NCBI GenBank assembly: GCA_963934255.1
Contig: CAWVXU010000038.1
Location: 1 to 23,349, forward strand
Source of the DNA: an uncultured Fibrobacterales bacterium
GTDB lineage: Bacteria > Fibrobacterota > Fibrobacteria > Fibrobacterales > CAWVXU01
DNA: 23,349 nt
Reading direction: 5' to 3'
The notes under the pieces were generated by a model. The model did no database searches. It saw only the letters and a list, made by a program, of their open reading frames with translations, and had not been told where the DNA came from. Below are positions 1 through 7,292 of the stretch, piece after piece. Each line of letters opens with the position of its first letter. The stretch's first letter is position 1. The position numbers and the translations under genes are program-made.

Positions 1-1
1 T

Positions 2-787
2 ACAAATAAGGCTTTTATTTTTAACAGCGTCCCAACTTCTGATCTTGATGAATCAAACATCCAACATTGGATACCGCTTGGGCTAACACCGTTTATCTAT
101 TCACAGAATTCTATTGAAAAAAGTGGCCAATCAGTTGCTTTTATATGTCCGAGTCGTCTCTCAAATGAGGGCGACAATTTCATTTTTCATACGAGTGATA
201 ATGGCATTAATAATGAGAATACGCAATCTTGGTACCAAGAGTCTGATCAGGAATTAAGAAATCTAAAGATGACTCAATTGATTGAGATTGACTTGAGTCT
301 AATCACAGATCAAATGGTTTCCAACTTTGATCTGAGATCTCCTAGCTACCAATCTGAACATCAACAAAAACAAATTTCTAAAACCATCACGAAGTGGCTG
401 GGTGTTATCATTATGTTTGTGTTTTTGATTTGTAGTTATTTGGTTTATACTAGTTCTTTACCAACGAATAAATCTTCTTCAGATCAGATATTCACAATGC
501 AATCTCAAGTGGATGAATTTGTAAATATTGTCGACCGATGGAATCAGGTCAAAAGCTATCAACCATTTCCATGGTATCAAAATTTAATTCATATTCGAAG
601 TCAACTTGAAGATGCAGAAATTCAACGAATTGTCATTCAATCCAAATCACGATCGGCCAGGTGGTTCTTGAAATTTAAAGACTGGGAATCATACGAAAAA
701 CTGACCAATAATTTAGACCTGAACTGGGGCGTTCCAAAGAAAACTAAATCAGGTATTCTTGTTCAAGTAGTAGTGGTGTTCCCGTGA
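2..787 (+). CDS. 5'-truncated GspL/PilM-PilN-like inner-membrane platform protein of a T2SS/T4P-like system
   Basis: The frame of the 269..787 ORF is open back to position 2 (TNKAFIFNSVPTSDLDESNIQHWIPLGL...), so the real start lies upstream of the window. A single TM (WLGVIIMFVFLICSYLVY) is followed by a short helical then beta-rich periplasmic part. It is the first gene of a coupled operon ending in a GspE ATPase. The family call rests on topology and context only. Confidence 0.5.
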   Translation, partial: TNKAFIFNSVPTSDLDESNIQHWIPLGLTPFIYSQNSIEKSGQSVAFICPSRLSNEGDNFIFHTSDNGINNENTQSWYQESDQELRNLKMTQLIEIDLSLITDQMVSNFDLRSPSYQSEHQQKQISKTITKWLGVIIMFVFLICSYLVYTSSLPTNKSSSDQIFTMQSQVDEFVNIVDRWNQVKSYQPFPWYQNLIHIRSQLEDAEIQRIVIQSKSRSARWFLKFKDWESYEKLTNNLDLNWGVPKKTKSGILVQVVVVFP

Positions 788-1791
788 ATAGTATTGCAAA
801 AATTTGGATAAAACCATTTGCTTTGATGATGTTCATCATCGTACTTGTCCATGTCACCCTAGGTCAAGTTCAAAAATCCAATCAAATAAAGATGAATCGA
901 GCTCATGAACAGTCTCAATTAAATGAATTGAAATCCTGGCTCGGAGATGACTCTCTGAGGTTGATTGCACAAAACCAAATCAATCAATCCTACCAAGACT
1001 TGATGCAAAATTCTGAAATCACCCAACAACCCAACATGGCATGGTTAAGGTTAATGGTTGAAAATCATGGCCTACAGTTTGTTGATTTCAAAAGAATCCA
1101 ATCCAATCAAGTGAGTCTGGATATTGGCGGTAGTGAAAATGAATTTTGGAATTTCATTAACCATATAAAAATTGAGAATCCCTGGATTCGGCTGAAACAC
1201 CTTCAGTTATCGCTGGGTTCTAAGAAATTCAATCATACAAAGTATTCAAAAAATTCAAAGAATAGTCCTCGTCATAGAATATCAAAACATCAAAGATCAT
1301 CGGAATTAGATTTTAAAATAAATCAGCTGATATTAGATTGGCCAATGATTCAATCAATAACCAAACCAATGAATAAAAATAAAGCCTCCACCAAAGTAAA
1401 TGAAATGTTGGTTTCAAAATGGGATGAATTCGTTAACGACTCATCTTTTCAAACACTATTCAAAGTGAAATCCTCTCAACGACAAGAGCCAATATATTCT
1501 GAAAACACTGACTCTCTTCTGTCCGTCTTCACCTACCAACAGATCTCATCACCTCAAGTCAAGCTTAAAAATCCAAACACTATTCTTAAAACTTCATTGT
1601 GGCCGAGTACTTGGGAAGTCGTTGGAAATATGCCCAGTCGTGGAGTGCAAATCAAAATATCATCGACAAAAAATCAAACACATTTTTGGAAGATTGGGAC
1701 GAGTTTTGAAAAGTGGACTTTGAAAGAGGTATACTCTACTCGAGGAGTCTTTCATGACCCTCAAGGCATTAAATTAGAACTGAATTGGTAG
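784..1791 (+). CDS. Bitopic membrane protein, GspM/PilO-like N-terminal half with a possible GspC/PilP-like C-terminal beta domain
   Basis: GTG start overlaps the upstream TGA (GTGA, 784-787). N-terminal TM (FALMMFIIVLVHVTL), coiled segment, then a PilO-like pattern (VSLDIGGSENEFWNFINHIKIENPWIRLKHLQL). The C-terminus (FWKIGTSFEKWTLKEVYSTRGVF) resembles a GspC-HR/PilP beta sandwich. Inferred from pattern and context. Confidence 0.45.
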   Translation: MNSIAKIWIKPFALMMFIIVLVHVTLGQVQKSNQIKMNRAHEQSQLNELKSWLGDDSLRLIAQNQINQSYQDLMQNSEITQQPNMAWLRLMVENHGLQFVDFKRIQSNQVSLDIGGSENEFWNFINHIKIENPWIRLKHLQLSLGSKKFNHTKYSKNSKNSPRHRISKHQRSSELDFKINQLILDWPMIQSITKPMNKNKASTKVNEMLVSKWDEFVNDSSFQTLFKVKSSQRQEPIYSENTDSLLSVFTYQQISSPQVKLKNPNTILKTSLWPSTWEVVGNMPSRGVQIKISSTKNQTHFWKIGTSFEKWTLKEVYSTRGVFHDPQGIKLELNW

Positions 1792-1795
1792 GGGT

Positions 1796-2920
1796 ATGAA
1801 AAAGCAAAGTGGTGGGGCCATATTAGTTGCTTTGATAGTGATCCTGACCGGGGCTATTTTATTGAGTATGTGGATGAAAACAAGGCCATCATACACCGAA
1901 GCTTATCACTATTTCAAATTCTATCAAGGTCGAATCATAGCAGAAGCATTCTTAACACAAGGATCTTCATCAGATGTATCACATCAAAATGTAGTGCCTG
2001 AATTTTTAGATTCTATGGAGTATCAAGTAAAATCAAACTATAGTGCTTTTATTTATGATGAAGTCAATATTAGTGTCTACTTGAAAGGTCGTCGACTAGG
2101 TGAATTGAGTTCATCAAGTTTGGAGCCCTTGTCAAGTTCTTATAAAGATGTCAGACTGAGGCTTTGGACATCTGAAGAATTACAAGGTGATCACCGACAG
2201 ATCCAAGGAGAGGTTCAAACTCATTCACAGGAAGATATCGAAGCGGGCCTGAGCTCTTCAACCGTTAGTATAAATGAACTTAAATTGATCGAATCTAGAC
2301 TAGAAACACAATGGAAAACACTCACTTCTGGTACCTTACTGACTAGGACTTCTGAGGTTGAGTTAATTGAAGGTCCACGTCTTATTCAAGACACGTTAAT
2401 AATAACTTCAAGTAAAATTATTCTGGATGATTCGGTACAAATGAAAAATGTTGATTTGATCACTTTAGGCGGCTTGGAATTAAGAAACTCAAGTTCATTT
2501 CAGGGGCGAGTATTGAGTCGTGATAGGGTAGAGCTTAGTTTAGGTAGTCACTTTGAAGGTTGGTTGGGGGTCTTACAAAATCAGGATTCGACTGCTCTAC
2601 CTCAATTGAAACTTTGGGATGCAAGCTTTAAAGGTTGGGTGTTTAGTTTTGGTGGTGGCATCGCCGAAGATGATTTAGCGAGTGTGGAAATGGACGAGTC
2701 ATCTGAGATGAAAGGGGTGATAATCACTCCTCATAAAGTGTTTTTACAAAACGACATGATCGGACACCTGAGTGCTTATTCACTGGAGTGCTCCAATGGT
2801 CCTAACTGTGTGGGCCCCTTGGGAGTGAGTGAGTTACTTAGCAAAAAATGGACACAGCCGACATGGCTAGGAACTCATGGTGATACTCAGATATGGAATC
2901 AACAGAGGTGGACCAGATGA
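1796..2920 (+). CDS. GspK/PilX-like large minor pseudopilin with a beta-helix-like C-terminal region
   Basis: Class III-like leader MKKQSG|GAILVALIVIL with no Glu5, typical of GspK/PilX. The C-terminal half has repeating F/M-x-G-x-[VL] strands (FQGRV, FEGWL, FKGWV, MKGVI, MIGHL). Confidence 0.6.
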   Translation: MKKQSGGAILVALIVILTGAILLSMWMKTRPSYTEAYHYFKFYQGRIIAEAFLTQGSSSDVSHQNVVPEFLDSMEYQVKSNYSAFIYDEVNISVYLKGRRLGELSSSSLEPLSSSYKDVRLRLWTSEELQGDHRQIQGEVQTHSQEDIEAGLSSSTVSINELKLIESRLETQWKTLTSGTLLTRTSEVELIEGPRLIQDTLIITSSKIILDDSVQMKNVDLITLGGLELRNSSSFQGRVLSRDRVELSLGSHFEGWLGVLQNQDSTALPQLKLWDASFKGWVFSFGGGIAEDDLASVEMDESSEMKGVIITPHKVFLQNDMIGHLSAYSLECSNGPNCVGPLGVSELLSKKWTQPTWLGTHGDTQIWNQQRWTR

Positions 2921-3321
2921 ATATGGTTTCACTTCTAATAGCTGTAGTGATTGGAAGTATTTCCTATGTCACTTTTTATCAAATAATGGGAGGCTTTCAA
3001 GCCAGTCAAAATCGTCCCGTTGAAATAGTTGATATGGAGTGGGGTTTAAGAAATACTCATGAACAATTTCTTTGGGAAATTCATCAGGCAGAAATAGATG
3101 GTTCTTTAAATTCGCCTATCATGAGTTCTCAAGATTTAATCAATTCAATTGAATATTTTAAAATTAACATTTCAGTTCCTAATTCTGATGGTAGTTTACA
3201 TTTGTGGGCTACAGACTTTTATGAATATTCTCTCAAAGAACTTTCTCTAGGTTGGTTTGAGCTCAAAGTGAGTAATCCCAGAGGCATTTCAAAAGTGTTG
3301 ATATGGAAAGCTCAGATATGA
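2917..3321 (+). CDS. Pseudopilin-like protein with no recognisable prepilin leader
   Basis: Start re-assigned from 2893 to ATG 2917: ATGA overlap with the upstream stop and GAGGTG SD at 2905-2910. The N-terminus MNMVSLLIAVVIGSISY is a pilin-like hydrophobic helix. It lies between two pseudopilin genes. Confidence 0.5.
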   Translation: MNMVSLLIAVVIGSISYVTFYQIMGGFQASQNRPVEIVDMEWGLRNTHEQFLWEIHQAEIDGSLNSPIMSSQDLINSIEYFKINISVPNSDGSLHLWATDFYEYSLKELSLGWFELKVSNPRGISKVLIWKAQI

Positions 3322-3785
3322 TGTGGGTGAGAAAAAAGCAGGGTTTTACTCTCATAGAATTATTGATGACAATTGCATTATCTTCGATTGTGATCGGAAT
3401 TATATTCGGACTTATCGGGCCGTTACATCAAGGGATTGTTAATGATCAATCTCAACAAAAAGCTAACCTAGAGCTTGAGCATCAAACCCAGGTCTTGTCA
3501 CATTCTCTCCTCAATGCTCAATCCATTTCAGCTTACCAAAGTGTGGATGAAAATGGTGGGGTTGGTAGTCTGATTTGGCTCAATGAGCGTGGCAATCAAA
3601 AAGAAATAATTTGGAATAAGAAAGAATTGACAGGTGATTTTAATTTAAATCATCTTGAAAGTTTTGAACTGATTTGTGACTCTTGTTTCGAGTTGATTGA
3701 TGGATTAAGTTCTCGAGTTCACTTGACTATGGATATGAAAACAAAGAAAAAATACCGCTTGGTCAAGTTGACATGGAGGCCCTAA
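3318..3785 (+). CDS. Prepilin-type N-terminal cleavage/methylation domain protein (GspJ/PilW-like minor pseudopilin)
   Basis: Canonical RKKQG|FTLIELLMTIALSSIVIG motif (G-1, F+1, E+5). Start likely ATG 3318 (ATGA overlap with the upstream stop) rather than 3303. Confidence 0.85.
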   Translation: MMWVRKKQGFTLIELLMTIALSSIVIGIIFGLIGPLHQGIVNDQSQQKANLELEHQTQVLSHSLLNAQSISAYQSVDENGGVGSLIWLNERGNQKEIIWNKKELTGDFNLNHLESFELICDSCFELIDGLSSRVHLTMDMKTKKKYRLVKLTWRP

Positions 3786-5074
3786 TGATTCAACCAACAA
3801 ATGAGCTATCTAATAAAACGATGTTGAAATTAAAATTAGTTGCCTGTCCGCAAAATGATGAGCCGGTCATAAGTTATGGATGCCTTGACCCGACAGATCC
3901 GATACTTAGATCGGCGCTTCGCTTATCTGGGACTAAGCATCCACTTATACAAATGGATTCTAATGAATTTGAAATAATTTATCGTCAATTAGAACAAGAT
4001 TTACACCAAAATGAATGGATGACTCAACTTGAATCGGCCAAATCTGACCTAGAAAGTCAAGTTGGAGATGCTTCTGATGCTTTGCCTGTGGTAGAGCTGG
4101 TCAATCGTCTATTAGAAGAAGCTTTAAACGAAAAAGTCACTGATATACATTTTGAGCCGCAAAATAGTTCGATGCTAGTACGCTACCGAGTTGATGGTAT
4201 CTTGGAAGTAGCGCACACATTACCAGCATGGGTGGTGAGTGCGGTGACGAGTCGTGTCAAAATCATGGCTGACATTGATATTAGTGAAAAACGCCGAGCA
4301 CAAGATGGACAAATAAGATGGCGTGAGATTGACTTTCGAGTCTCTAGTATGCCGACTCAATTTGGTGAAAAATTAGTCGTTCGAATATTAGGTCAACATG
4401 GTGCTACTTTGAATCTAGATAAGCTTGACATGCCTGATTGGATTCTCCGGGCTGTCAAAGAGAGTTTTGCTCAGGCCCAAGGACTTTTCCTCATCACTGG
4501 ACCTACTGGCTCAGGTAAAAGCTCCACTATGCACGCGGGTCTTCGGGAGCTTGTCGGCCGACCCATAAATATTTCCACCATTGAAGACCCAATTGAATAT
4601 CAGCTTGAGGGAGCTAACCAAATACAATTAAACTCCAAAGCGGGTTTTGATTTCGCTGATGCCTTGAGATCACTTTTAAGGCAAGACCCTGATGTTATTT
4701 TTGTCGGGGAGATACGAGATGCAGAGACTGCAAGGATTGCTATACAGGCAGCTCAAACAGGTCATTTAGTTTTATCGACTTTGCATACGTTGGACGCTCC
4801 TAGTGCAGTACAAAGGTTGATGGACTTAGATGTAGATCAAAAGGCGCTCAATGATGTTTTGATCGGAGTACTAGCTCAACGTCTCGTGAGAAAGTTGAAA
4901 AAGTCAGTTACTCCAAAAGCTGATAACAAAACTTTGTATCAGGGGCGTGTGGGGATATTTGAATATCTAGAATTACAGGGCACAAAAAAATACAGCACCC
5001 TCAATGAAGATGCTGAAAGGAAGCTGAAGCTCGGAATGATTGATCAAAATGAAATGAAGCGAGTTTTAGGGTAA
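3785..5074 (+). CDS. gspE: GspE/PilB-family secretion/assembly ATPase
   Basis: TDIHFEP, RYRVDG, DISEKRRAQDG, Walker A GPTGSGKS, Asp box TIEDPIE, Walker B LRQDPDVIFVGEIRD, His box TGHLVLSTLH. Start likely 3785 (TAATG overlap, GGAGG at 3775-3779); the track gives 3773. GspE versus PilB cannot be resolved by eye. Confidence 0.92.
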   Translation: MIQPTNELSNKTMLKLKLVACPQNDEPVISYGCLDPTDPILRSALRLSGTKHPLIQMDSNEFEIIYRQLEQDLHQNEWMTQLESAKSDLESQVGDASDALPVVELVNRLLEEALNEKVTDIHFEPQNSSMLVRYRVDGILEVAHTLPAWVVSAVTSRVKIMADIDISEKRRAQDGQIRWREIDFRVSSMPTQFGEKLVVRILGQHGATLNLDKLDMPDWILRAVKESFAQAQGLFLITGPTGSGKSSTMHAGLRELVGRPINISTIEDPIEYQLEGANQIQLNSKAGFDFADALRSLLRQDPDVIFVGEIRDAETARIAIQAAQTGHLVLSTLHTLDAPSAVQRLMDLDVDQKALNDVLIGVLAQRLVRKLKKSVTPKADNKTLYQGRVGIFEYLELQGTKKYSTLNEDAERKLKLGMIDQNEMKRVLG

Positions 5075-5091
5075 GAGAAAAGAGACAACCC

Positions 5092-5694
5092 TTAAAAAGT
5101 CGTCCTTAAGCCAAAGCTACTGGTGAATACCTGAGGATACCCTGGTATAAGTGAATAAACAACGGCCATATCTTGGTTGATTTTATAATCAACTTCAAAA
5201 TTACCACCATACCAAATAAAGGCGGTTTGAAATTTTCTGTTATGTTTTTCGCGGCCATAAAAACCGTCACCATTGTACCAATCATTGACAAGTGGTTCTT
5301 TATACCAATTTTCCCGCCAAATAAGTGTAGGCCCTACCCCAAACCGAAAAGACAAACCATTGTCCATGCTATAATTACCACGAAAACCTAGATGAAAATG
5401 TCCCGACCAAAGCATGGCACAATCTTTAAAGGCTGCTGCTGTAGTCCTGATTAAGAAATGCTCATTTAAATAATAATCAAGATCGGTCTCGGCGCCAATT
5501 TGAAGGACAAAGTAACCTTCTTTGTCAATTTGAAGCGGGTATGCGGATGAACCTGAACTACCACCGCCTGGGTGGTAGGTGAGACCGAAGTATTTTAGAT
5601 TCACGGCCCATGAGTCAAACTCTTCAGACTTGGCGCTATTTGCTGAGGTGCTTAAACTGATGATGATTAGACTAAGGAGATATAGGTGTTTCAT
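5092..5694 (-). CDS. Hypothetical exported protein, probable small outer-membrane beta-barrel
   Basis: Sec signal peptide (MKHLYLLSLIIISLSTSANSA), alternating aromatic/Gly beta-strands, C-terminal ...SSFGLRTTF ending in Phe (BAM beta-signal-like), AGGA SD upstream. Confidence 0.6.
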   Translation of the reverse strand: MKHLYLLSLIIISLSTSANSAKSEEFDSWAVNLKYFGLTYHPGGGSSGSSAYPLQIDKEGYFVLQIGAETDLDYYLNEHFLIRTTAAAFKDCAMLWSGHFHLGFRGNYSMDNGLSFRFGVGPTLIWRENWYKEPLVNDWYNGDGFYGREKHNRKFQTAFIWYGGNFEVDYKINQDMAVVYSLIPGYPQVFTSSFGLRTTF

Positions 5695-5778
5695 AAAAAG
5701 TCCTAATGTAATCCTAATTGAAGGGGGTTATATACACAGATAGTTATCAAATATTATGCCAAAGTCTGTGCACAGTCC

Positions 5779-6357
5779 TTATTCTTCAATGTATTGCATC
5801 GTATCAAATGATGTATCAACCCAATTTTCAAATTCCGTGAGCTCGACTTGTCCAGGGAATCCAAGACAACCATGGAAATGATCAATTACTTGAATCTTAC
5901 CGGCACGAATAAATGTAATACGCGAGTTGGTGGAAAAGAACTCAACGCTCTCGCAACTCTCTGATGACTTGTTGTAAACTTCTTCATATTCAAATTGTTC
6001 GAGTGCGGCTAACTTGGTGATTAAAGTATCTAACAATACAGTAGACATTTGATTGATTCTGAAATCCTTGATAAGGACATTTGTTTTACCGTTATAAATG
6101 ACTTCGCCTTTGTGATCAACTCGAATTGAGTATTCAGGGCAGTAAGTAGTGCATTCCAACCGCTCTAATAGGACCGAGAAATGTTCGGAAGAGTCTACTG
6201 TATCAATTATTTCAATGTATGCTGTGGAATCCGAGGAATCTTGAGGAGATGCCTCTCCAACTTTGTCATCCTCTGAAGACATAAAGCAAGCGTTGAATAT
6301 TATGCTGGTAAGTAATGTTATAGTGAGCAATGTCAATGGTTTTAAAAGTATTTTCAT
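5779..6357 (-). CDS. Lipoprotein with a DUF6438-like domain
   Basis: Lipobox FNA-C after a hydrophobic helix, acidic Ser-rich linker, then LERLECTTYCPEYSIRVDHKGEVIYNG, which matches the recalled DUF6438 N-terminal pattern (LERxxCxGxCPxYxxxIxxDGxVxYxG). GGAG SD upstream. Confidence 0.65.
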   Translation of the reverse strand: MKILLKPLTLLTITLLTSIIFNACFMSSEDDKVGEASPQDSSDSTAYIEIIDTVDSSEHFSVLLERLECTTYCPEYSIRVDHKGEVIYNGKTNVLIKDFRINQMSTVLLDTLITKLAALEQFEYEEVYNKSSESCESVEFFSTNSRITFIRAGKIQVIDHFHGCLGFPGQVELTEFENWVDTSFDTMQYIEE

Positions 6358-6471
6358 GTCTATCTCCCGGATATATTAAGCATAAAATACTCTTATATTC
6401 CAGAGATAGTAGGTGAAAGTTCATCTGTCTGGAATTTTCCAAAGCCACTGTAGGCTCTCTGATTAATCTTA

Positions 6472-6508
6472 ATAGCTAAAAACTATTGAATTGATAAAAA
6501 CAAACGAC
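6472..6508 (+). promoter_or_regulatory. OxyR-like binding site upstream of ahpC
   Basis: ATAG-N7-CTAT-N7-ATAA-N7-CGAC (6472-75, 6483-86, 6494-97, 6505-08) against the consensus ATAG-N7-CTAT-N7-ATAG-N7-CTAT, about 80 bp upstream of ahpC, a classic OxyR target. Confidence 0.7.
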
Positions 6509-6587
6509 TTTACTTATTGATTGTCTGGTTGTAAATTTATCCCATAAACAAAGTATCAATCCAAAACAAGTAAACCAAGGAAATAAG

Positions 6588-7151
6588 ATGACACTAATCA
6601 ATACAACCATCCCGGATTTCAACCTTCAAGCATTTCACAATGAAGAATTCAAAACAATCACTCAAGAAAACCTTCAAGGCAAATGGTCAATTTTGTTTTT
6701 CTATCCAGCTGACTTCACTTTTGTGTGTCCAACTGAGCTAGAAGATTTGAACGATTTTTATCCTCAGCTTCAGGAGCTCCGTGTAGAAGTCTACTCAGTA
6801 TCTACTGATACTCATTTTGTACACAAAGCTTGGCATGATCATTCCCCTGCGATTTCTAAAATTAATTATCCCATGCTAGCCGACCCAACAGGTCACCTGA
6901 CACGTGCACTCGGTGTTCATATCGAAGAAGCGGGGATGGCATATAGAGGGACTTTTTTAATTAATCCTGAAGGTCAGATCAAAATTGCCGAAGTACAAGA
7001 TAATGGCATCGGCAGAAATGCAAGCGAGCTCGTTCGCAAGGTTCAAGCGGCTCAATTTGTTGCCAGTAGTTATGGTGAAGTTTGTCCAGCCAAATGGACT
7101 CCAGGGGAAAACACATTGACTCCAGGTGTTGACCTGGTTGGTAAGATTTAA
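6588..7151 (+). CDS. ahpC: Alkyl hydroperoxide reductase subunit C (typical 2-Cys peroxiredoxin)
   Basis: FFYPADFTFVCPTE (peroxidatic Cys), STDTHFVHKAWH, GEVCPAKW (resolving Cys), 187 aa, AAGGA SD. Confidence 0.97.
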   Translation: MTLINTTIPDFNLQAFHNEEFKTITQENLQGKWSILFFYPADFTFVCPTELEDLNDFYPQLQELRVEVYSVSTDTHFVHKAWHDHSPAISKINYPMLADPTGHLTRALGVHIEEAGMAYRGTFLINPEGQIKIAEVQDNGIGRNASELVRKVQAAQFVASSYGEVCPAKWTPGENTLTPGVDLVGKI

Positions 7152-7190
7152 AGGCAAAACTTTAAGATTAAAAAGGTCTTTAAACGTTGC

Positions 7191-7228
7191 AAATAAAAAA
7201 GGCGAGTTCACATTGAACTCGCCTTCTA
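7191..7228. terminator. Intrinsic terminator between convergent ahpC and gcvP
   Basis: Perfect 12-bp stem AAGGCGAGTTCA-cat-TGAACTCGCCTT (7199-7225). The A-tract at 7191-7200 gives a strong U-tail on the minus (gcvP) strand; the tail on + is weaker. Confidence 0.85.
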
Positions 7229-7292
7229 ATTTAATGTTTAATATTTTAAAATATTCTGTCTTTAAAATTCAAAAGAATCAAAACTTAAATAA

